A model generated the notes under the pieces. It was not told the DNA's origin. It ran no database searches and saw nothing but the letters and a program-made list of their open reading frames with translations. Of a DNA stretch of 64,000 nt, positions 41,026-53,200 are shown one piece after another. Location: NCBI RefSeq assembly GCF_964355755.1, contig NC_092680.1:4774001-4838000 (forward strand). The letters run 5' to 3'. Positions within the stretch are counted from its first letter, which is position 1. The number at the start of each line of letters is the position of its first letter. This DNA comes from Antedon mediterranea (taxonomy: Eukaryota; Animalia; Echinodermata). The position numbers were made by a program, and so were the translations under genes.

Positions 41026-41954
41026 GGTTATCCGCCAAGTGCGGATAACCCCTTGTTATTGTTAGGATCTTTTTTTCTATCGTATTCTTTCTTTCCACAA
41101 ATTTTGCTTGAAAATAGGCAATTCAATGCAAATTTGTGTAAAAATAAGCCTATTTTGAGACGATTATAGCTCCTTAGGATCAAAGATGACCGCTATTTCT
41201 TAAATTTTATTATGGAAGCCGATGAGTTGTACTGTGGATGTACTGTGGATTCATGTAAAATGTTTACCTACCGGATTTTCTGACGTCACCATATGGCCAC
41301 TCAAATTTTATAGATAGAAATTTTAGAATAGAATTGTTTGCGCTTTAGTACTAGTTAATCCCATTTAATAGAGCGCATTGCGCCCTAGATTTTAGTGTGT
41401 TCTTTCTCAATCAATTCCCTTTCGCATGCGTTAAAAAAATTTGACTTTTTATTACGTCATATTAAAAAAATTTGAATAACATGACTTACTTAATTTCGTC
41501 TATACAGTATATTTCAATCTGTTATAGCTCCTCAGAATAAAAGTGACCCGCATGATTAAAACTTATTATGGAAGCTGTGGAATTGTTGTAAATATGAATT
41601 CATATACAAATTTTGTCTATATGATCTCATGACGTTGTCATGTGGCCAGTTGAATTCAAAAAGTCATATTTTTAAATTTTCATTAATGTAATTATTTCGA
41701 TAATTATCTTCTAAAATTGCTATCTTTATGTTACAGTTTGATGACATTATCATGTTAAAATTTGGATTAAAAGATGGGTCTCGTAATTTCATCTATGCAT
41801 ATAACATAAACAGTGTATTCCGTAAATGCTTTATGACACAAAATAGCTACAATTCAGCACATATTTAATTCATATCATAGGATGGCATAATAATTGTCGA
41901 TGTTCATATTTTAATGTATATGCATGTTGCGTTTGCACGGATAACCCAAACTAG
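41026..41954 (+). mobile_element. Putative non-autonomous Helitron/Helentron-like element
   Basis: 5' palindrome ggttatccgccaagtgcggataacc; 3' cggataacc followed by CTAG; internal ~358-bp diverged duplication (ttatagctcct at ~41164 and ~41522). Confidence 0.45.
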
Positions 41955-42529
41955 TCAAAGTGACAAGTTCAAATCTATTTTTTGTTTTGTTTTGATGTAA
42001 TTTATTTTTGTAACTCTGTATTGTTTTATTATATATTTATATAAACGTGTGCCGCTGTTCGAATAAAATGAGTTAATGTGCCATGAAGAAGCTTTGTCTA
42101 TGCCCATTGTTAACTGGTGCTGCCACATGATGCAACCAGAGATGATGACTCCCAAATGTGCTATTTGCATTTTTGCTATCCATTGATGTGTGGTTTTGGG
42201 GGGTTTTTTTGGCGGATAGGATAAAAATAATATGAGCATATTTTAATGCCATTTTAACATATAAATCTGCATTTTTCATAAAATTATGCATAACCCATAA
42301 TCATTTTTGTCAGAATAACTTGCAGTAACCAACAGGTTACCAAAATATGATTAACAATTTTATTTGAAAAAAAGTCAAAACATGTGATCATATCCAGGTT
42401 GACTATAAAAACACCCAACACGTATATCCTAGCTAAAAAGGCTGCAGTGTTTGCCTACTTTACTTACAGCAGCTAACTCGCTAGCTAATCTACTGTAGGG
42501 CCTAGGCTAACTAAAGGCCTACTAGAACA

Positions 42530-42836
42530 AGCACGAATGTGCGATACTCGGGGTACAGCAAGAAGCTGTAAGGACGTCATAAGACGGGATGTGACGTCAC
42601 ATACATATCAATAACCTCGCTACCAAATACGGCTATACGGTACTTAGACGTCATATGTCTGCATCCGGCTTGAAATTAAAAAACCCGGCTCTATAGCTTT
42701 GAGGACATGTCCCTGTAATATATTCATGTTAAATCCCAGCTCAATACTACAACGAAAAAGGGAGGATTAGTACTTTAGAAATCGCACTTTTTACTCAATA
42801 GTGTCCAGATGGAAGAGGAGGAGAAAATGAGTGAGT
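42530..42836 (+). promoter_or_regulatory. Candidate promoter and 5' exon of the Tudor gene, with CRE sites
   Basis: Perfect TGACGTCA at 42592-42599 and GACGTCA at 42573 and 42647; CpG-rich; strong donor GTGAGT at 42831. Confidence 0.45.
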
Positions 42837-42967
42837 CCTAGAAAGAGACTGATGAGATGACTGGCTGTACGATGTTTCAGTGTTTTTAGTAGCTTGTTAG
42901 ATTGCGCCCTCAATGTTCATTGTGCACAAAAAAAAACAAATCAAAAAGAATATCATATCATCGTTAA

Positions 42968-44013
42968 CACTTTGACTGCCAAACACGAAGATCTTCGTTT
43001 TTGGAAACACAACGCTTGACTGCCAAACACGAAGATCTTCGTTTTTCGCGTTTTTTTACGAAATCCGGTAGATAGGTTAATTATTGGTATATACTATAAA
43101 TATGAACACTATATTCGATCTGGACCGTAAATATTTTACAATTTGAAAGTAACTAATCTGGTTAGGAACGACTGTCAAAATGGTACCTGTCGAAATAACA
43201 AACACCGCGCATCACAGTAGCGCGTAGAGCGATGGCTTGGCGCATTGTGTATCGGTCGCGCGCTAGCTATGCCGCCGAAGCATTACAAAGGTTTTTGTGG
43301 ATTGACATGTTTGTTTGTTATCTGAATAAAAAATAATGGAGTCATTTTCAATACGAAGTCTTTAATTTTATTATTGTATGTATACCCTAATTGTTTTGGT
43401 GTTTTACTTAAAATGACCGAGTTTCACGCAACAAACTTGTTTTGAAATGGTATGGATATTATCATCAGTTTACTATCTAGGCTAGTAGTACAAGGCTAGC
43501 CTAGCCTAGGCCTAGTCGTAAAACGGTTCCGGACCAACTTTAGGCCTGGTTAACTAGGCCTGGTGTCTTTACTATGTGCATTTTGGCGAAACATTGATGT
43601 AAGATTTATGATTTATAAAATGTAATACATTTTTCGATAGTGATAACTTGTTTTTATAGGCCTATCGGTGCCGTGTAAGTAACTTTTTTGTTGTTTGTTG
43701 ATCTCACCGGGCGATATTTTCATATTGTGATGTCTTGCACAAAATCGCGAATATCTCGACTTTCTTGCGCGAAACTACGAAAAACTCAAAAAGTTTGTTA
43801 CTTTCATTTTACTATTACGATTTACATATTGCGCTTTAAAAATCGTTCTTGGTACCATTGTAAAGCTAAAATCTTTATGATTATTTTAGTCTAAATTACA
43901 TATAAATCAGATCACATACATGGTTTCAATCAGCTTTAATAAAAACATCGAATTGGGCTAAAAACGCTGGCGGTGGCAGTTTCTAACTGGAAAAACCTCT
44001 GGCAGTCAAAGTG
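42968..44013. mobile_element. Non-autonomous piggyBac-like element
   Basis: TTAA TSD on both sides; perfect 14-bp TIR CACTTTGACTGCCA; subterminal direct repeat ttgactgccaaacacgaagatcttcgtttt x2; no transposase ORF. Confidence 0.85.
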
Positions 44014-44289
44014 TTAACCATCATGTAATGAAACGCATGGTTTTCAACCTACAGTACTTAGCGCCTTACATTCATACTGTACTTTCTAAAAAATAAATTT
44101 TGAAATGTTTCTGATTTTGCATCCCAGGTGAGCTAATTATAAAAAAAGTTTGAAGAAAGCATATAAAATATGATTTTTTTTTTCTTTTGACTTAAACAAT
44201 AATGTGCAGATTTTCAGTTTACTGCAATTTAACATTTTTTGCCAATAATCTTTTTTTTTTTAAATTTTATTTCTGTCTTGATTTTTAGA

Positions 44290-47200
44290 ATGTCGATGAG
44301 GTTCCTAACCTTGGATGTTGGTGGTACGTATGCAGTCACACCAAGTTGTGTGAACAATCCTGAAGATTTCACCTGTCAACTGGTGGCACACTATAATCAA
44401 ATCAACGACCTAACAAGAGAATTAAGTAAACTTCATGAATTTATTCCGGCAGATGAAGGAAACTTGCCACAAGAGTTTCTTCATCCTGGCTCTGTTGGAT
44501 GTGTTAAGTCAAAAGATGGAAGATGGTATCGGGCAGTCTTGACATCAACCCTTCAGAATAGTCACATGATCCAAGTGAAGCTTCTCGATTATGGAACCAT
44601 AGAAAATACCCACATTTCAAATGTGAAGCAAATCGGTTCACAAGAGTATGTTGATCTACCCATCCAAGGTCTAAATTTCAAATTATGGAATGTAAAACCA
44701 ACAGGAGCATCATGGTCAGACTCTGAAATAGATTTTTTTCGAAAAGAGGTTCAGGGAAAAGAGTTTGTTGTAAAGGTGGTCAATGTTACCTCACCGCGAC
44801 ACTTTGAAGTTACAATGCTTGGCTGTGACCGACTAGAAATTAACAGGCACTTCAGAGGTACTTTAAGTCCATTACAACCTAATGCAGGAATCTCACCACC
44901 ACCAGGAGTAATGCAGGGACCACCGATGACCAATAATCCTCATAGAATTACCAGAGGTCAGGCACTTGTATCTAATCTATCCCAAAGAAGTCCACCAATA
45001 TCAAATAATTTGCCACATGTTAACCAGATAGTACTGAAAAACCAGTTTTTAAAGGTGGGATCTGCAGTTGTCATCACTGTGACTGCTGTTCATGATTTTT
45101 TAGATGTTGTCTGCCATGTAACACAGAATCTCCAAGCACTTAATGCCCTGATGAGAGATATTGCTAAATTCTATTCATCTCTGTTGCCAAATGATCTCGC
45201 CTTGGGTAGTGTTGTTCCAGGTCTGGTTTGCTGTGCTAGATTTACAATTGACAATAACTGGTACCGTGCTGAAATCATCAGTGTTCAAAGTCAAGGTATT
45301 GAAGTAGAGTATGTTGATTATGGCATCAGGGAAGTCTTACCAATTAGCCGCTTAAAAACAATCAATACAGCCTTTACAATACTTCCTAAACAAGGCATTC
45401 ATTGCAGTTTGGTAGATGCTGGACAATCTGTGAATTTTCCTCAAGGTTCATTACAGAAATTGCAAAAACATGTAAATAAGAATTTTTCAGCTCAAGTTTT
45501 GAAAGAAATAAAACCAGGGAAGTATTCTATAATCCTCTTCGACAACATCGGGCAGAACATCTTGTCAAGATTTATGAATGTATCTGGTACTACAGATGTT
45601 GGACAAACCATTGCAGCTCCATCCATCAGAGTTGGCCAGCAGTTTCCAGTAGAAATCACAAATGTTGTAAGTGTCAGTAAATTTTCGTGTCAACTGAAGA
45701 GTACTAGTGAAGAACTTAATACACTGATGGATAAGATTCACAATTATTACACAACTAACAGTAGTACCATGTCACTACGACAAACATCCAAGGGTATGAT
45801 ATGTTGTTGCCAGTTTAGTGAGGATGATGGTTGGTACCGGGCACAGGTCATTAGTCTTAGTGGTGGTGAAGCGGAAGTAAAGTACATCGATTATGGTAAC
45901 ACAGAGAAACTTCCATTAAATCGGATTAAAGACCTTCAACCTGAGTTCATGACCCTTCCGATGCAGAGTGTAGATTGTTGTTTAGATGTCTCTTTAAGTG
46001 ATAGCCAAGTTGAAAAATCAGTGTTTGAAATGTTAACTATGGAAAAAACACTAAGTGCAATACTTCTGCAGGAGGAAGCAGACAGCAGATTCCGCATTAA
46101 GTTGTTTGATGGCAATACAGATATTGGACTAGAATTATCTAAATCAAATATTTCTGTTTCTCAAGATCAGCAACGTCCATTGAAAACAAATCCACAGTCC
46201 AAGCAGCCATCAAAGTTCTTTTTTCCTAAATCAACATTAGAGTTCGGTGTAGAACAAAATGTGTATGTCACCCATGTCGAAAATCCAGAATGCTTTTACG
46301 TACAACTCTCTGACTTGTCATCTGAAATGGATACCATGGTAGATGCCATTCACAATTACTATTCCAAACTAGGTCCAAATGATGAGGACTGCAACCCTGA
46401 ATTAGGTATGTCATGTGTTGCTAAATATACTGTAGATAATGGTTGGTACAGAGCTACAGTCACCGGCTTGTATCATAATGGAGATGTCCAAGTTCTTTTC
46501 GTTGATTATGGGAATGTTGAAGTACTCAAGAGATCTGCATTGAAAGAGTTGCACAAAGACTTCAAGCTGTTGCCATCTCAGGGAATTAAGTGTGCCTTAA
46601 TGGGAATACATAGTGGTACAGAAGAGTGGAGTGCAGACATAACCTATGGCTTTGAGGAACTTGTGTTAAATAAAGAACTCTCAATAAATGCTCTTCAATA
46701 TGACAATGATGCCAATCTGTACCATGTACAACTTTTTGACAGTGACAGATGCAACCTCTCAGTTAAGCTGTTAAAGGTGGCAGGAAGTGGGTCAGCTGGA
46801 GTAACGACAAATCCATATGACGTTATAACTTTCACACAAGGACAGTACGAGAATGTAATGATTTCTCACTCTGATGATCCTGGCAATTTCTGGTGTCACA
46901 TTGCAGAAAAAATTCCAGAAATTGATGCTCTAATGGATGACCTGTTTGAAGCATATGATAGCGACAACATCCAAATTCTTGGATCGAAGGCGAAGGCAGG
47001 TATGTCTTGCTGTGCAAAATATTCGGATGGTTCTTGGTACAGAGCAAAGATTCTCAAAATCAAAGGACAAGAAGCAGCTATACAGTATGTAGATTATGGA
47101 AATACTTCAGATACAGAAATCAATGAGTTAAAGCCGCTTTTACCAAACTTTGCCAACTTACCAGAGCAAGCCATTGCTTGTTCCTTGGTAGGTATTGCCC

Positions 47201-50200
47201 CGATTGGTACAACATGGAGTGTTGAAAGCTGTACAGCATTCAATGAAATGGTAATTGAAAAGAAATTGGTCCTTCATGTAATTAGTCAAGAAGAATCAGG
47301 CCGATCACTTGTTGAACTGGTAAACACTCGGGAAGATTGTGTCATAAATGACAACCTGGTCAGTAAAGGATTAGTTAAGTCAACCAAATCATCATATAGC
47401 AGTAAATCTTCAAGATCATCTTCCAGAATGAGTTCAAGAGGTTTACCTGTCAACCGGATTAATTCACAAGACAACTTGTCTAACTCGAGTTCTACAACAA
47501 GCCTACCATCACTAGCGGTTACTAGCTTTAAAGATGCATCATATCGTCCAGGATCTAAACTTGCTGTGTACATATCTCATGCTGTTTCACCAGCTGAATT
47601 TTGGTGTCAATCCGTAGAAACATCAGGACTGCTTGAAGAAATTATGAATGGCATTGACCAGTATTACAGTAAACTTGGTCGAACAGAGCAGAGTCTGGAC
47701 ATCACAACAGTAGGGACTCCTTGTATTGCAAAATACAAAGCAGATGATGGTTGGTATCGAGGTATTGTTATTAACAAACACATGGGCAGCCTTGATATAA
47801 ACTTTGTTGACTATGGTAATACTGAACGTGTCTCAGTGACGGATGTAAAGCAGATTTTGCCAGAATTCTTGAACCTTCCAATACAAGGTCTAAAATGTGT
47901 GCTAAAGGGTATGGAAAGCAATGGTGCCAGTCCAAAGATGAAGAAAATGTTTTCTGACATTGCTTCCGGAATTGAAGAATTCAATTGTAGTATTGTGACA
48001 GAATCTAGTGGGGTGTATGAAGTGGATTTAGAATGGAACGGAAAGAAAATGAGTTCAGAACTTGCCTCATATGAAAACAAAAAGGAGAGATCTAGTTCTA
48101 AAAGTAGTGATGAGGTTTTTGGTACGCCACCAAGAAAGCAAAATCAAAAGTCATCTATGCCATCAAAAGATACTTTTGATGGTGGAAGTTTTAGTCGACC
48201 TAACAAAACTAATGACGGGGAACATCAAGAAAGTGGAAGAAGCGGATTTGGAGAGAAAACAAGTGGATTTGACAGTAAACCACAAAAACATCCTACCATA
48301 TCATATATTGCCGATTCCATTAGGGTTGGTGGATCTGAGGATTTTTTGGTTAGCCATATCGAGTCACCAATGCAATTTTGGTGTCAGCCATTAAAATCAT
48401 CTGCTGACTTGGATAAATTGATGGAATTGATAAATGAAACACAGCATGAACCAATTGGTACTGTACAACCAGGTAGTCCATGCGTAGCCAAATTTAAAGA
48501 TGATGATGGCTGGTACAGAGCTGTAATAAAAAAGCAGCTTTCTAACTCAACAGTAGAAATCCAGTTTGTTGACTACGGAAATAGTGATACTGTCTCAAAA
48601 TCTGACCTAAAGATGCTAACATCAGCATTTGCTAATCTACCTGCACAAGCAATAGAATGTAGAATGAAAGGTCTGATAGAAGAAGCAGCTACCCTTACTG
48701 ATGAGTTTGAAGCTTTGGTTACAGAGAAACAACTTGTTGCTAGTATATCGAGAAAAAGGGAGAGAGTCGTTGAAATCCAGCTCACTGATACATCAGATAT
48801 TTCAATAGTAAATATGTTAAATAGTAAAGCTGCTACGAAACCAATGAAATTCACCCCTCTAGATATCAAGGTTAGTGGCAAAGAAGACATTTACATCACT
48901 AGCACTGACAGTGGAGGAGTGATTTTTGCACAGTTTGGTAGTCAGGCACACTTACTTGAAGAAATCCAGAATAAGCTTCAAACATACTATGCTAGTGGAA
49001 GCAATGATAACTTGACAGACTTCAACCAGAACCAGCTATGTTGTGCACTCTTTAAAGAAGATGGGTTGTGGTACCGAGCTACAGTTGAAGGACCTGGTGA
49101 AAACGATACAGTTCTTGTAAGATATATTGACTTTGGTAATGTTGAGGTTCAGAAGAAATCTACCTTAAAATGTTTAATCCAAGGTGTTGCAAATGTGCCT
49201 CCCCTTGCCGTCAAGTGCATTCTCAATGTTGAAAATGCCAAAACATGGACTGCTGTCAACAACCAAAGGTTTAGTGAAATGGTAACTGATAAACTCCTAC
49301 AAGCTGAATTCTTATCAGATACAAAACCGTATAGTGTAAAACTGGTACTTGATGGAAGCAGTGTTGCAGAATCATTTAAAACAATAGTAGAGGAAACCCC
49401 TGAAGTTGATGTACCTATCAAGTTTAAGAGCAGTCACTTGAAAACCAAGATGGAAGTGTTTGTTAGTCATACAGTTTCTATTGATCAGTTTTGGTGTCAG
49501 CCTGCAAGTAGTGCTGATGAACTAGCTGCTTTAATGGATTCAATTCATGAAGTTTATAGCTCTTTAGCAGAAGGAGAAAGGTCGGTTCATGAACCTACAA
49601 TCGGTATGCCATGTATTGCCAAATTTATAGAAGATGACGGATGGTATAGAGCAACTATCATTAGTGTAAGTGAAGAAGGAATAAATGTAATGTATGTTGA
49701 CTATGGAAATAGTGCCATAGTTTCAAATACTGACATCAAGACCATTTCATCTAACTTTATTGCCTTACCACCACAAGCAGTTCAATGTCAATTAAGAGGA
49801 GGTAAAAACTGGAAAGAAGAGGCAGTTGAAAAGTTTGAAGAAGAAACAACTGATAAGAAACTGCTCGTTGAAGTTGTGAACAAAAAAATATTTGAAGGCA
49901 AGGTTGTTAGCAAAGTCAACCTTCTGGATATGGGCACAAGCATTCTCCAGAAACTTTTGGAAGCAGACCTTGGAGAAGCAGTTTCTGATGGAGATGATGA
50001 TGTAGAACCTTTACAGTATGAGTCGTCCGTTAATTTAGTTAAAGTAAATGAATTGCTAGAAGTTTATCCATCGTCAATTATATCTGTGGATGATTTCAAT
50101 GTTCAACTCAACAAAACCGCTAATGATCTGGCAGAGCTCATGAACACACTTTATGAAATCTATTCAGTTGATGATGTTGAAAATGCTTCTCATTCGCTTG

Positions 50201-53200
50201 GTCCTTGTATAGCCAAGTATGCTGAAGATGGCGGATGGTACAGAGGAGAGGTGACAGAAGTGACAGAACAGTCTGGTCTTGTGTTCTTTATCGATTATGG
50301 CAATTCAGAACATGTGCCTTGGACAGATATCAAAACAACATGTATTGAAGCTACAGTGCTACCAGCTCAAGCTGTGAAATGTAGGTTAGCTCTTCCAGAA
50401 GATATGTCAAATAAAGAAGAATTGTCTATCAAATTTCAAGAGGCAGTGGCAGATAAGTTGCTAATTGCAGAATTTATCTCAATAACTGATGGTATTTGGA
50501 CTGTGAAGTTAACTGAAGATAACCGGCCTCTCATAGACAAACTATTAAAAGGTAAATTAAATCAAATTGTGCTTAAAACAACAAAAACATGTCAGAATAC
50601 TACATGTTTTGTGGACCATTTTCCATAAATAAAATATATTCAGTTTTAAATTATTGTACATGCTCCTGAAAAAATCCAATACTGTATATAAATAATACAA
50701 TAACAATTTGAGGATAATTCTAAAATCGCAATAGGCAAATAATGTATTCTAATAGCATGGAAATAATGCACAATAAATTTGCTCTATTCTTATTATCTGT
50801 CACCTTCAATTCCAGTCAAAGCTCCCTCAACATCAACACAGATACAGGAAGTTGCATACAAGCCATTGTCTTTGAAGGAAGGGGATGAGAAACGAGTGGT
50901 TATAACTTGGTCTGAATCTCCGGAAGATTTCTGGTGTCAATTGGAAAGCATGGTAGCTGATTTGGATGCTTTAAGTGAGATGATCCAGGCACATTATTCA
51001 GCATTAGGTAAGTTTTGTGCGGTTTCTCAAAAAAACCTTGCTATATGTAGGTGGACAGGTGTTTAGTGAAAGGTCAAGGGACAAAGAAAATATTAAGATT
51101 TTATTATGTCTTTATTCAAAATTATTAAAGTAAGTCCCCTTCTTAGGGACACAGAAACACTAGAAATGGGAAATATGGCAAGTAGAACCCAAAAAGTCTC
51201 TTTAATAGATGTTGGCAATAGTGTTTCCCCTATGTAATAGAAAAGTGTCCCCATAGTTGATTAGGTGGTTGATTCACAAAGTTTACTTGTTTCGTAATTG
51301 ACATAATTTTACATACTATATTTGTAGGTGATGATGCTGAAGTAATCTCTGATCAAAAAGTTGGTACCCTGTGTGTTGCACCCGTTGAAGAAGAAGGTGT
51401 TTGGTATCGTTCACTTATTACAGAATGCAGTAATGACAAAGCAACAGTCCAATATGTAGATTATGGCAACACAGGCGTTCTTTCAAAATCAAAGATAAAA
51501 ATCATTCAAAACTCTTTTCTTAGCCATCCAGTGTTTGCTTTCCATTGTAACCTTGCTAGCATCTTGCCTAAGGATGGTTTATGGAGTGCAGAAGCCTCTG
51601 AGGCCTTTGAAGCCGTTGCTTTTGAAGGTACTTTAACAGCATCTATAAAGAGTATCAGTGGTGTCCAATGTTCTGTCACCTTAGTGGATGATAATGGTGT
51701 TTCCTTAAATCAAACTTTAATAGACTCTGGTTTTGCTGTAAAGATGTCTAACAATATTCAGGCACAGAGTACTTCTGAAGATTATCAGTATGTTAAGATG
51801 CCAACGCCAATTGATCCACAAGTTGAAGTTCAAATATCTCATGTTGAAACACCTCAAAAGTTTTTTGTTCAACTTACATCTAAAGCTGAAGAGCTGAATC
51901 AGGTGGCAACTAAAGTGATGGATGTTTCTCCAGCAGCTACACCATTAACAGAGGCAATTGTAGGAGATGTCTGCCTTGCGAAATATTCACTAGATGAAGT
52001 GTGGTACAGAGCTGTGATTACCGGAACAGAAGATTCACATATATTTGTAACATTTATTGATTATGGCAACACGGATGCTTTGCAACTACATGGTCTTAAA
52101 AAAATGCCTTCTGAATTGCAATCGATTCCTGCCCAAGCTTTAGAGTGTACATTGCATTCTGTAGCACCTTTAGAAGATTCATGGGAAGATGCTGCATGTA
52201 TTGCCTTTGAAGAGGCTGTTATAGAACAGTTGTATGACGCAACATTTTCTGGTACGTCTGTAGAGCTATTCACCAAAGAAGGAAACAATTTGAAAGATTT
52301 TCTGTTTGAAGTAGGAATTTGTAAACATTCAGAAGTTGCACCAGAAGAAGACACAGCAGCTTTGCAAGATTCAGTTTCTGTTGAAGAAGCAGGTGCTGTA
52401 GTGGAAGATGAACAGCTCTCTGAAATTGCAAGTATTGCCAAGTTAGTTGTAGATGAAGTCATTGAAGGAGCTTTAACACACCTTGAAGATGAACTCAGAC
52501 AATATTCTGATTCAATAATTCCACATAGAGAAGACCTTAGCAGCACTGTTAAAAGTGAAAATTTGACAGTCGATGATTTATCTGTAACCCAAGACATAAT
52601 AGAATCAAAGGAACCGACAGACACCACTGAAAAATCTGCTGATGAACTATCGACTGAGAACATTATCATTGGTTCACAAACGGTTGACCAAATTTTGGAT
52701 GATATTGTTGAAGCTTCTCTTAGACAATCCAATCTCATCGGAACCGAAGAAGCTGAGAGTACTGAAGATGTTACCCATAATGTGGAAGATGCCAGTGAAT
52801 CTACAGAGGATGTTGGTTCGACCGATGTTGACACAAATTGTAACACCGTTTGTCAAGATGATGCTTCATCTGCTAATGTGACTTTGACCAAGAAAGCAGG
52901 GTCTGTCACAGAAGAATGGGAAGTCATCAAAACTCTTGAAGGAGCAGCCAAAACAGATAATCTTGAAGATTCAAAAGAAAATAAACCACATGTAAGTCTT
53001 GTCAATTTAAATTTAAATACAACATAATCTTTTATTTTTTTTCTTTCTGCTATTGAAATATAGTTACTGCTTGATTGAATCGTTGATTATTTCAGTTAAT
53101 GAGTTTTCCACATATCATTTCCAGTTTAAATGTATAATAGTTCCCTTATAAAAAGTGATTTCCAAATTGTCTTAATTTGGCAATAGGACAAAAAACGTGT

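Noticed and set aside
44239-50628. ORF-track 2129-aa protein as a complete single-exon gene
   Set aside because: The first 17 codons are a polypyrimidine tract/acceptor, and the end runs through the donor at 50552; the gene continues in three more exons.
52061-52846. 261-aa antisense ORF (also 47286-49421 and 54489-55034)
   Set aside because: Shadow ORFs opposite the Tudor CDS, produced by its codon bias and repeats.
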